Shown in pieces: positions 55,346-63,638 of a stretch of 64,000 nt of DNA (the stretch's first letter is position 1; the number at the start of each line of letters is the position of its first letter). A model generated the notes under the pieces. The model was given only the letters and a program-made list of their open reading frames with translations. It ran no database searches and was not told where the DNA came from. The stretch is from a virus. The position numbers and the translations under genes were made by a program. The DNA is taken from the IMG/VR virus record IMGVR_UViG_3300002134_000110; one strand, 5' to 3'.

Positions 55346-55660
55346 TTATTGTGCTTGAGATATTGATAACCAGTAATCGCCACTAGCGGCAACTGCTATT
55401 TGTATAAAGTTTGCAACAGTACCATCATAAGCACCATTTGTTACTTTTGACCCAACAGGAAATGTAGGTACAAAAGAACCCGTAAGCACTAAATCTTTAA
55501 CCATACCAATACCATCATTTGAAAATGTAAAGGTTGTATCAGCTGTTAGGGTTTTATTAAACACCGCTGCTGCAGAGAAATCTATATTAGCCGCAACTAC
55601 TGCTGCTGCTGTTGTAAACTCTGTGCCTAATACGCCGTATTTTATTTTTGTTAGTGCCAT
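55346..55660 (-). CDS. small MALTK-start structural protein (104 aa)
   Basis: Shares the MALTKI N-terminus with the glycine-rich fibres. Confidence 0.5.
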   Translation of the reverse strand: MALTKIKYGVLGTEFTTAAAVVAANIDFSAAAVFNKTLTADTTFTFSNDGIGMVKDLVLTGSFVPTFPVGSKVTNGAYDGTVANFIQIAVAASGDYWLSISQAQ

Positions 55661-55666
55661 ATCTTA

Positions 55667-56014
55667 TTAAGGTTTTACTGGTCTAGTACCGTTTGGAAAA
55701 TCTTGTTGAGCTGGGTAATCCCTTAGCTCTTGTCTGTATGTCATATAAGCAGCGTGCTGCGAGTGGTCAGTTAATGGAACAATGAAATCACTTGCTTTAA
55801 GTTCTGAATCCCTCCATTGTTTTTCTTCAGCAGTTTTTTCTTCTAAAGTTTTTACAGGAGCAGCAAATACACCATTAGCGTAGCTGTGTCCTATTGCAGC
55901 TTCTTGACCTGTTACGTTTACGGTTTCTTCTTGTAAAGTTGCAGCAAACTCATTAGATGCCACTATTATATTATCTACTTTACCTTCTTTTATTATAGCT
56001 ATTAAGTTTTCCAT
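55667..56014 (-). CDS. tail fibre assembly chaperone-like protein (115 aa; alternative start 56029)
   Basis: The C-terminal WRDSELKASDFIVPLTDHSQHAAYMTYRQELRDYP fits the tail-assembly-chaperone pattern. Confidence 0.5.
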   Translation of the reverse strand: MENLIAIIKEGKVDNIIVASNEFAATLQEETVNVTGQEAAIGHSYANGVFAAPVKTLEEKTAEEKQWRDSELKASDFIVPLTDHSQHAAYMTYRQELRDYPAQQDFPNGTRPVKP

Positions 56015-56016
56015 TT

Positions 56017-56637
56017 TTATTCGTACCATTTAATTAAACAATAACCAGACATTCCAGGTCTTATGTAAGTAGCACTGTTGCTAGATATACCTCCTTGACC
56101 AGAATTAGGAGTTCCGTTTATTGGCCAATAGTTTTGATTACTAGAACCACCTCCGCCATATCCATTTATACCCTGGCCAGGTATTTGTTGAGAGGTGGGA
56201 TCACCACTTCCTGGATAATAATTCCCAAGACCTTGCTGTATTCCGTTAGCTATAGCATCTTCTGCGTTATAATAAGTGCTCGACACTCCTGCTCCTCCAT
56301 TAGCTGTTAAATCAACGCCTCCAGAGGTAGCTCCTTGGAATAAAGAATTACCTCCATTTCCCCCTGTGCTTCCTGTAACACCACCTGCCCCCACTGTAAC
56401 AGATATGGCGTTTGTATTATTAAGATACATTTGTTTGCGCACAACAGTTCCGCCAAAACCACCTTTGGCGATAATGTTTCTACCGCCACCGCCTCCTGCT
56501 ACCAAAAACACTTCTATATAACCTCCTGCATCTATTAACTCTTGAGATGGCGTAAAAGTTCCAGAGGCATTAAACTCTTGGAATTTAGGGGTTAAACCAC
56601 CGCCTCCTGATGGAAAAAAATCTGTTAAATTACTCAT
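56017..56637 (-). CDS. glycine-rich domain protein (206 aa), fourth paralogue without the MALTK head
   Basis: FNASGTFTPS...IEVFLVAGGGGG...GGNGG...; ends CLIKWYE. Confidence 0.6.
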   Translation of the reverse strand: MSNLTDFFPSGGGGLTPKFQEFNASGTFTPSQELIDAGGYIEVFLVAGGGGGRNIIAKGGFGGTVVRKQMYLNNTNAISVTVGAGGVTGSTGGNGGNSLFQGATSGGVDLTANGGAGVSSTYYNAEDAIANGIQQGLGNYYPGSGDPTSQQIPGQGINGYGGGGSSNQNYWPINGTPNSGQGGISSNSATYIRPGMSGYCLIKWYE

Positions 56638-56653
56638 ATCTTATATTATTATT

Positions 56654-59581
56654 TTATAATCCTACTATTACCCATCCTTTTGTAGCTCCTGAGTAAATCA
56701 ACTCAAACGAAGCTGAAGGTGTATCTAAAGTTAAATCCGCAGCAACACCCATTATTAAACTACCGTTTCTACCAAGTATACAAGTAGCAACACCCGACAA
56801 GTTACTTATTTTAATTGAATCACCATTTGCGGGTGTTATAGGCAATGTTAATGTTAAATCTGCAATTAACACATATAAGTTGTTCTTGCTTGCTGTAGTA
56901 CTAGTAGATATTGTATTAACACCGTAGTTTACTATTTCATTTTGAACCAGTGATACGTTAGATATTATAATCACCTCTATTTCGTCACTATTAGCCGGAG
57001 CTTCAGAAAAAGATAAGGTTGTACCAACAATTGTAAATGTATCTTTGTTTTGGTATGTACCACTTACATATACATCCACAAAGTTAATACTAGAAGGTGC
57101 AACCGTTAACGTATAATCAGTTTGACTACCAGTTCCAGTAAAATCATTTCTTGTAATTGTATTAGCTCCAGGGGATATATTTGAAACAACCACTGACATA
57201 ACCTCAACAGATCCATTGTTTGGAGGAGCTGTAGTAAAGGTAAGTGTAGTACCAGTTATTGAGTATGTTTCTTTTTCTTGGTAAACACCAGCAATAAACA
57301 CACTAGTAAATAATGTTGAGAATGGTGTTACAGATAAAGTAAAAGCAACCGTAGTACCATCACCTACAAAATCATCTTTAGCAATAGAGCTTGAAGAGGA
57401 TGCTGCAATAGTTACATTGTTACTACCATCATCTGTTAAACTAATACCTGAACCAGCTACAAGTTTAACTGTATCAACAGTACCAGTTGAAGGCGTAAGG
57501 TTTAAATCTACATCTGTACCAGACTGTATACTTGAATAATCATATGTTGTACCAGCTACAGTTACCCATGCGTTATCTCCACGAAGGAAAGTAGTCGCAT
57601 CAGGAGTTCCAGTAGCAGATAGGTCAGCCGTAAGAGTGGCCGCACCAGATTGCGTAGTAGTAGGTGTTAATGTTATAAAAGCGCCGTTAGAAGCCGTGAA
57701 TGAAGTTACACCGCCTGCAGCGCCATTTGACGCTAAAGTAATTCTACCTTGTTGATCAACCGTTATATTGGCATTTGTATATGCGCCAGCAGTAACCGCT
57801 GTATTGGCAAGAGCTATTGTCCCGGTTGTTGTTATAGTACCACCAGTAAGTCCAGTGCCAGCAGTAATACTTGTTACTCCTTCGTTATCTGTTGTAGCTA
57901 TATTAAAACTAGGATACGTACCTGTAACCGTAGCACCACCTGTTCCCGTGATTACCACCGTTTGGTCAGGTAAGGTATTTGTTACAATAGGGTTTTTTGG
58001 ATCTGAAGCATCTATGCTTATAGCAGTTCCAGCAACTACGGACTGCACTATATTAGAAGGTATAATATCACCTACTTTTAAGTTTACAAATCCATTAACA
58101 ACCGTAAAATTGTCTGTGTCAAAACCAGCTAATCCTCTTACCGCTGTTGCCGTAGTACCAGCAGTAGCTAAATCAATATTACTTTGGACCGTAGTCCAAT
58201 CTGTTAAAGCGCCTGTACCGGCCACTAAATCTATTTCAGCAATAAGTACATCACCAACTTTGACCGTTTCACCATAAAACGTTCCGTCCACTGTAACCGT
58301 GTATGTCCAACCCTTTGTAACAGCAATCTGCGTTCCTCTGCTGTCAAGAACTGGTGTATTTGTAGTAGCGTCATACGCTCCTTGATATATTAGTCCTCCA
58401 ACAACAGCATTGTCAACATAAGTTTTTATTGCTAATTGAGAAGATAATACAGTATCTGAAGAAGTACCGCCTCCTAAAGCAACGTCTTCTGAAACAAACT
58501 GCATGTTTGCTGTAGAAGTTTCAACGTAAGGTATTAGTCCTGGAGCGCCAACAGTAACGTTCCCTAATCCACTTATTGGGCTTAGAGTAACATTATCACC
58601 CGCTACAATTGAAGTAACACCACCCTGTGAAGTAGAATTTATTGTTACAATACCCGTGCCCCCACCAGGGGATATGGATATATCCGTACCCGCTAATATT
58701 TGTGTTACCCCAGAGTCTGAGGAAATATTAAAGCTAGGGTATGTGCCGGTTACTACTGTATCACCAGTTCCTGTAATTACAACGGTTTGGTCGGGCTGTG
58801 TATTTGTTATAGTTGAATTTCCAGTAGCACCGCTTATAGATATACCAGTGCCGGCAATATTGGATAATACGCCTGTGTTACTGATTATAGGATCAGCAGG
58901 GTTTGAATTATCAACCGCAATTCCTGTTCCAGCATTTACAGAAGTAACAGTACCACCACCAGCAGGTACAGCCCACACATTATCACCTCTTAAAAATGTT
59001 AATGAATTTGGCACGCCTGTAGCAGAAAATGCAGCTGTTATAGTAACAGCACCATTACTAGACGAGTTAGGTGTTAAATTTATGAATTGGCTATCCTGTG
59101 TACTTATTGTAGTTACAGGGGTAGACCATGTATTATCCCCTCTTAAATAGTTTAAATTACTAGGCGAGCCAGTGGCAGAAAGACTTGAGGATATACTTAC
59201 ATTACCAATAGATGATAAAACTGGCGTTGAACTAACGAACGTTGAATTAGTGGAAATAATTGACAACACTCCAATATTCCCTATTGTTATACTATTTGCA
59301 CCATTTAGGTTACTGTTTGATATAGATATACCAGCGCCTCTTAAAAGGTTCACAGCGCTTATATTACCTATGTTACTAGTCAATACAATATTTGCATTCA
59401 ATCCAGCCGATTGGCTTGATAATGTATAACCACCTAATAAATCAGCTATATCACCTATGTTAAACGTCCTTGTTGGATTACCATCTACCGGCGTGGCTGA
59501 GGTACCATCATATGTAACGGTACCAAGCAGTAAGTCTGACGCTTTAGGCGTAGCCGTTGGATAACTATATATTATTGCCAT
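56654..59581 (-). CDS. long tail fibre (975 aa)
   Basis: N-terminus MAIIYSYPTATPKASDLLLGT shared with 59611. Three LRGDNxW motifs, an internal duplication around PDQTVVITGTG..VTGTYPSFNI and two C-terminal F.G.G...(F/Y)TL modules. Confidence 0.8.
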   Translation of the reverse strand: MAIIYSYPTATPKASDLLLGTVTYDGTSATPVDGNPTRTFNIGDIADLLGGYTLSSQSAGLNANIVLTSNIGNISAVNLLRGAGISISNSNLNGANSITIGNIGVLSIISTNSTFVSSTPVLSSIGNVSISSSLSATGSPSNLNYLRGDNTWSTPVTTISTQDSQFINLTPNSSSNGAVTITAAFSATGVPNSLTFLRGDNVWAVPAGGGTVTSVNAGTGIAVDNSNPADPIISNTGVLSNIAGTGISISGATGNSTITNTQPDQTVVITGTGDTVVTGTYPSFNISSDSGVTQILAGTDISISPGGGTGIVTINSTSQGGVTSIVAGDNVTLSPISGLGNVTVGAPGLIPYVETSTANMQFVSEDVALGGGTSSDTVLSSQLAIKTYVDNAVVGGLIYQGAYDATTNTPVLDSRGTQIAVTKGWTYTVTVDGTFYGETVKVGDVLIAEIDLVAGTGALTDWTTVQSNIDLATAGTTATAVRGLAGFDTDNFTVVNGFVNLKVGDIIPSNIVQSVVAGTAISIDASDPKNPIVTNTLPDQTVVITGTGGATVTGTYPSFNIATTDNEGVTSITAGTGLTGGTITTTGTIALANTAVTAGAYTNANITVDQQGRITLASNGAAGGVTSFTASNGAFITLTPTTTQSGAATLTADLSATGTPDATTFLRGDNAWVTVAGTTYDYSSIQSGTDVDLNLTPSTGTVDTVKLVAGSGISLTDDGSNNVTIAASSSSSIAKDDFVGDGTTVAFTLSVTPFSTLFTSVFIAGVYQEKETYSITGTTLTFTTAPPNNGSVEVMSVVVSNISPGANTITRNDFTGTGSQTDYTLTVAPSSINFVDVYVSGTYQNKDTFTIVGTTLSFSEAPANSDEIEVIIISNVSLVQNEIVNYGVNTISTSTTASKNNLYVLIADLTLTLPITPANGDSIKISNLSGVATCILGRNGSLIMGVAADLTLDTPSASFELIYSGATKGWVIVGL

Positions 59582-59610
59582 TTTATATTTTTAGTTAGTT
59601 TTTTTAATTA

Positions 59611-62544
59611 TTAAATACATAGTCCTGATTCTATAACTACACTAGATGAGTTTGTTACAACATAAGTTCCATTAACTAGACCCCAGTAACCAGCTCCCAT
59701 AGGAGCGCCAAAATTATTGGTTTGATACAATGTATCTCCGTCTGTTGGATATGTTCCACTACCCGTGTGGTATCTTGTTGCTCCATGTCCTGCAGCGCAA
59801 GCGCTTGCTGTAGAGGTTTCAGGACTTGCATTTGTTAAGAATGAAGTAAGAGCAGGTTGCACAACACCTGAAACAGATTGCGTTATTGTAATATTTGAAC
59901 TAGGTATTGTTCCGTTTATAGTACCAGTCCCGTTATTGCTTGCTGAATCAGTCCAAGTAGGCCCTGACGTAAATGCATAACCTGAATTAGCAGTTATAGT
60001 ATGAACAAATTGATATGCATCACCTGCGTCACCTGTTATAGTGGCACTAGGAGTTAGACTAGTTGTGGTGTTTGCAAAACCAGTTACATTATTGCTAAAT
60101 GCTAAAGTAACCGTATATTGTACCGGTGGTACTGGGCACACTAAACAAGATCCAACTGATACAGCTACTGAACCTGCTGATTGTTTTTGGAATGGCATGT
60201 ATACACCTTGATATTTAACTTGTACCACATCATTTATATTCATACTACTCACAAACGATGCATCTATTGATGTTGCCCCACAAATATCACACGCTCCTAC
60301 GTGATACATTGTTATTGGTGTAGTTTCTGCTGCATTACATATTGTGAATATTGAAAACGTATATCCAACATTTATATTACAACTTGGTGGAGGCGCAACT
60401 GCAATAGTACCAGACACATTGGTAGTAACCGTAGTGTTTGCAGTAATAGTACCCGTGTTAGGATTAGGTGAAACTGTAGGTCCTGATGTCCACACATAAC
60501 CGTTAGGTATTGAAGCCCCAGAGCTAAACGAATATGTAAACGGAGATGCGCCAGATTGCGTAGCACCAGTTTGGTCACCAGTTGGTGTATACACTTGCGC
60601 CCCTGCTATATTATAATTAACTTGCAATGTAGCGTCAACCGGCGGCGTATAAGCAGCTATTGTACCTAATATTGATGTTGTTTCATTGTAAGTTCCACCC
60701 ACTTGTTTTTGGCCAGAAGCATTGGTAATGTAAGGGCCGGCTGTCCATGCATAATTAGCGTTTGCAGGGGCAGTAGTAGTAAACGAATAATTAAATGGTA
60801 CAGGACCAATTTGCTGCGCACCATTTAAATCACCTGTTAAAGTATACCATGAAGTGTTCCCAACAACTTGGCTTTCATCTATAGTCAAGTTAACAATTGC
60901 ATTACTTGTTTGTAGTGCTAACGTACCTGTTATGTATGTAAATACAGTTTGCGAGCCTGATATACTACCAGAAGCATTGGTTATGGTTGGTCCAGATGAA
61001 AAGTAATATCCGTTATCAGCGGTAATCCCTGTTGTGAAAGAATAACTAAGTGGGCAGTTGCCAGATTGAGTGGCCCCTGTTTGATCACCACTTAAAGTAA
61101 ATTGACCACCAGATATGCCACTAGTATCTACACTAAGTGTTGCTACGCATGGTGGTGGAGGAATAACTTGTACCTGTCCACTTATTGATGTAACCACTGT
61201 TTGATCTCCAGTCAATGTACCACTAGCATTTGATATAGTAGGACCCGTTACAAACTCATAGCCAGCAATTGGTGTAACCGTAGTATTAAAAGCATAAGCT
61301 AGTGGGGAAGCACCGGATTGTGTAGCGCCATTTAGATCGCCACCTATTGTATAGGCTGTTCCAGCAGAACCGCCGGTAATGGTATTAGATATACTAAGGG
61401 TGGCTGTAACCGGTGGCACTACAATAGCCTCTACAGTACCCGCTAATATAGTATATACAGTTTCATCCACACTGAATGTTCCAGTGGCGTTTGTAACCGT
61501 AGGGCCTGAAGAAAAGAAGAATCCAGCGTTAGGGGTGATTGAAGTACTGTATGCATAGGATGCCCCCGCTATCCCCATTTTGGTAGTTCCGACTTGGTCA
61601 CCACCTATTGTGTATTCCGTACCAGATATATTATTAGTAAATGCCAATGTAGTCATATACTGGCTTGCAGCCGCCACCACTACATATAATGTATTTGCGT
61701 TCTTTGTAACTAGTGCCGCATATTCCGTCCCACTTAGACTTACCACTTGTTGTACTGCACCAGTACTTGTAAATGTATCCGTGTCATTTCTAATATCCCC
61801 TGTGTCGCCAGCATCAATATATGCTTTAACATTTGTAAGTGCATTTATTGGTAAAGCCGCTAATGTAGTTGTTTTTACATCTGTAGAAGAACTTTGATTA
61901 AACGCTATAAAATCATTGCTTATAGCCGTTGTTTGGTTTTCACTAAACTTAATATAGTTATTTAAACCCGTTAGGTCAACACCTATAACAGGGTTAACAG
62001 TGGCAGATCCACTAACTATATATAAACCACTACCAGTGGTAACACTTGTAACTGTTCCAACCGGTAGTCCAGACACCCCAATTGTAATCGCATTTGATCC
62101 GTTATTTGTCAATGCAATATTTGGACCAGCCAATAAAGAAACTATAGTTTGTGAGGAATCACTTCCATTCAACCTAATGTTATTATTCAAACCAGCTTGT
62201 ACGCTGTTTATTGTATATGTAGTATTTGTGCCCCCAGGTACAGCAGCCCAGACATTATCACCTCTAAGATAGTTTGAAGCAGATGGTGTACCAGAAGCAG
62301 TTAGACTAGCGCTTAAACTACCCGTAGTGGTTATATTACCCCCAATCAAACTAATAAAAGTAGTGGCAGTAGTATCAATACTAGTTACAGTTCCACCACC
62401 CGGTACACCTGTTTGTACTAAGTCTACAATGCTCTGTATTGAGAATGATTTTGTCGGTTTTCCCGATGCACTAACATCCGTACCTAATAATAGGTCACCA
62501 AATGCTGGCTGTGTTGCTTGCTCGTAACTATATACTATTGCCAT
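59611..62544 (-). CDS. long tail fibre (977 aa) with six tandem ~85-aa modules and two Cys-containing modules
   Basis: N-terminus MAIVYSYEQATQPAFGDLLLGT, an LRGDNVWA motif and repeated Y(T/S)...GD(Q/L).GATQSG...Y.F.T...GY.F..GPT(I/V).NASG modules. Confidence 0.8.
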   Translation of the reverse strand: MAIVYSYEQATQPAFGDLLLGTDVSASGKPTKSFSIQSIVDLVQTGVPGGGTVTSIDTTATTFISLIGGNITTTGSLSASLTASGTPSASNYLRGDNVWAAVPGGTNTTYTINSVQAGLNNNIRLNGSDSSQTIVSLLAGPNIALTNNGSNAITIGVSGLPVGTVTSVTTGSGLYIVSGSATVNPVIGVDLTGLNNYIKFSENQTTAISNDFIAFNQSSSTDVKTTTLAALPINALTNVKAYIDAGDTGDIRNDTDTFTSTGAVQQVVSLSGTEYAALVTKNANTLYVVVAAASQYMTTLAFTNNISGTEYTIGGDQVGTTKMGIAGASYAYSTSITPNAGFFFSSGPTVTNATGTFSVDETVYTILAGTVEAIVVPPVTATLSISNTITGGSAGTAYTIGGDLNGATQSGASPLAYAFNTTVTPIAGYEFVTGPTISNASGTLTGDQTVVTSISGQVQVIPPPPCVATLSVDTSGISGGQFTLSGDQTGATQSGNCPLSYSFTTGITADNGYYFSSGPTITNASGSISGSQTVFTYITGTLALQTSNAIVNLTIDESQVVGNTSWYTLTGDLNGAQQIGPVPFNYSFTTTAPANANYAWTAGPYITNASGQKQVGGTYNETTSILGTIAAYTPPVDATLQVNYNIAGAQVYTPTGDQTGATQSGASPFTYSFSSGASIPNGYVWTSGPTVSPNPNTGTITANTTVTTNVSGTIAVAPPPSCNINVGYTFSIFTICNAAETTPITMYHVGACDICGATSIDASFVSSMNINDVVQVKYQGVYMPFQKQSAGSVAVSVGSCLVCPVPPVQYTVTLAFSNNVTGFANTTTSLTPSATITGDAGDAYQFVHTITANSGYAFTSGPTWTDSASNNGTGTINGTIPSSNITITQSVSGVVQPALTSFLTNASPETSTASACAAGHGATRYHTGSGTYPTDGDTLYQTNNFGAPMGAGYWGLVNGTYVVTNSSSVVIESGLCI

Positions 62545-62547
62545 GTC

Positions 62548-62817
62548 TTATGCTCTTCTTGATTGTTCCTTTTCTTGTTTTGTTCCGTCAGGTCTATTTT
62601 GAGCCTGTGTACCGCCTCTATTAAAAGCCATAGGCACAAACCTGCGGGTATTGTGGTCAAAATCCTTACCTTTTATATCCTTGCCATCTTTAATGGCCTC
62701 TCTTCTCTTCATTTGGCTCTCTCTACGCTTTTTTTCCCTGTCAGGAGTATTCGCCGCAGCCAAATCACGCTTCTTTTTATCAGCAGCACCCTTAGGTGAT
62801 AGTTTTTGCTTCCCCAT
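62548..62817 (-). CDS. small basic protein (89 aa), first gene of the late arm
   Basis: Lys/Arg-rich: KKKRDLAAANTPDREKKRRESQMKRREAIKDGKDIKGKDFDH. Confidence 0.6.
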   Translation of the reverse strand: MGKQKLSPKGAADKKKRDLAAANTPDREKKRRESQMKRREAIKDGKDIKGKDFDHNTRRFVPMAFNRGGTQAQNRPDGTKQEKEQSRRA

Positions 62818-62839
62818 AACTTATATAACCTGCTCAGTA

Positions 62840-62929
62840 CCTAAATATATAGCCACAACAGTCTCATTCCCTAAATATAAGGTGGCAACCACTTCATTTC
62901 CTAAATTAATAGCCATATTTCAATGTTTT
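62840..62929. repeat. three direct repeats with an exact 30-bp period (CCTAAAT at 62840, 62870, 62900)
   Basis: CCTAAATATATAGCCACAAC.. / CCTAAATATAAGGTGGCAAC.. / CCTAAATTAATAGCCATATT... On the late-gene strand each unit ends in (T)ATATTTAGG or ATTAATTTAGG. The nearest unit is 22 nt from the ATG at 62817. Confidence 0.8.
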
Positions 62930-63351
62930 GTATACTATATATACTTACACAACAACCCCACAATTTACACCATAGACATAAAGTGGGACATTAGCCCCCT
63001 ACTATTTATATTAACACCCTAACGTCGCACTTTTACACCGTACCTTATATAATACGCGTAGCGTTTTTTAAAAAAAAATTTATAATTTTTACCTTTTTTA
63101 TATAAAACAGCCAGGTGGAAAAAAAATTGTTGTGAATATTGAGGTGTGGTATAACACCTATATTTTACGGTGCGGTACCGAAAAGGTTTTGCGTTTCGTT
63201 TTCACCGGGTCCCCCGTTTTCCTGACGTTTTGGCGTTATCGTTTTGCCTTTCGGTGGGTTTTCCGTGCACGTTTGGGGTATTCTATTTTGGCCTACTGCC
63301 GTTGCGATCGGTACACCGTTTGAGTTGTCGTTTCGGTATCGGTAATGGTCT

Positions 63352-63398
63352 GACCTCACGGCTTCTGCCCGAGCAAACCTCACGTCATTCTTCCGAGC
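63352..63398 (+). repeat. tandem pair of 23-nt repeats R1-R2
   Basis: GACCTCACGGCTTCTGCCCGAGC (63352-63374) and AACCTCACGTCATTCTTCCGAGC (63376-63398). Confidence 0.8.
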
Positions 63399-63400
63399 GA

Positions 63401-63518
63401 TCGGTATCGGTGTCGGTAACGGTACGGTATCGGTAACGTCAACGGTAACGTCAACGGTAACGGTGCTGGTAACGAATCGGGATCGGGATCGGTGCCGGTG
63501 TTGGTGCCGGTATCGGCA
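63401..63518 (+). repeat. degenerate hexamer-period array (about 20 units of NCGGTR)
   Basis: tcggta tcggtg tcggta acggta cggta tcggta acgtca acggta acgtca acggta acggtg ctggta acgaa tcggga tcggga tcggtg ccggtg ttggtg ccggta tcggc. Confidence 0.8.
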
Positions 63519-63542
63519 GACCTCACGGTCCTTATTGCGAGC
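63519..63542 (+). repeat. third copy (R3) of the ACCTCACG...CGAGC repeat
   Basis: GACCTCACGGTCCTTATTGCGAGC closes the hexamer array. Confidence 0.8.
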
Positions 63543-63566
63543 ATTCTCTTAGCATTTTTAAAAGGG

Positions 63567-63595
63567 TTGATACGAGTCTCTATTGATAATATATA
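63567..63595 (+). promoter_or_regulatory. early promoter module copy 3 (TTGATA-17 nt-TATATA)
   Basis: TTGATACGAgtctctaTTGATAATATATATGTAA aligned with copies 1, 2 and 4. Confidence 0.55.
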
Positions 63596-63638
63596 TGTAA
63601 ATAAAAAATAATAATAATAATAATTAAATACTACTACT

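Larger units (their letters stand above)
63165..63545. other. GC-rich non-coding repeat island
   Basis: A hand count of 63421-63540 gives 69/120 G+C, against 14/60 for a typical coding line (5221-5280). The region is dense in CGGT, CGTTTT and CG dinucleotides. The ORFs predicted here have implausible Arg/Gly/Pro/Cys-rich products. Confidence 0.8.

Noticed and set aside
56654-62544. RGD tripeptides in the LRGDNxW fibre motifs considered as integrin-type adhesion sites
   Set aside because: The RGD is part of a longer conserved fibre-repeat motif in a bacterial virus, so there is no reason to invoke eukaryotic integrin binding.
62651-63022. 123-aa plus-strand ORF spanning the first late gene and the 30-bp repeats; also 62563..62799 +
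   Set aside because: It is antisense to the well-formed basic-protein gene, runs through the repeat array and gives a low-complexity Ser/Leu/Phe-rich product.
63132-63436. Three overlapping ORFs (63132..63323 +, 63165..63383 -, 63170..63436 +) in the GC-rich island
   Set aside because: They overlap each other on both strands and encode Arg/Gly/Pro/Cys-rich low-complexity products. They exist only because GC-rich repeats lack stop codons, so I treat the island as non-coding.
62840-63518. The 30-bp-period repeats and the hexamer array considered as a CRISPR array
   Set aside because: There are only three 30-bp units, with about 13 conserved bases and no separable repeat-spacer structure. The hexamer array has no spacers at all. 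No cas genes are present.
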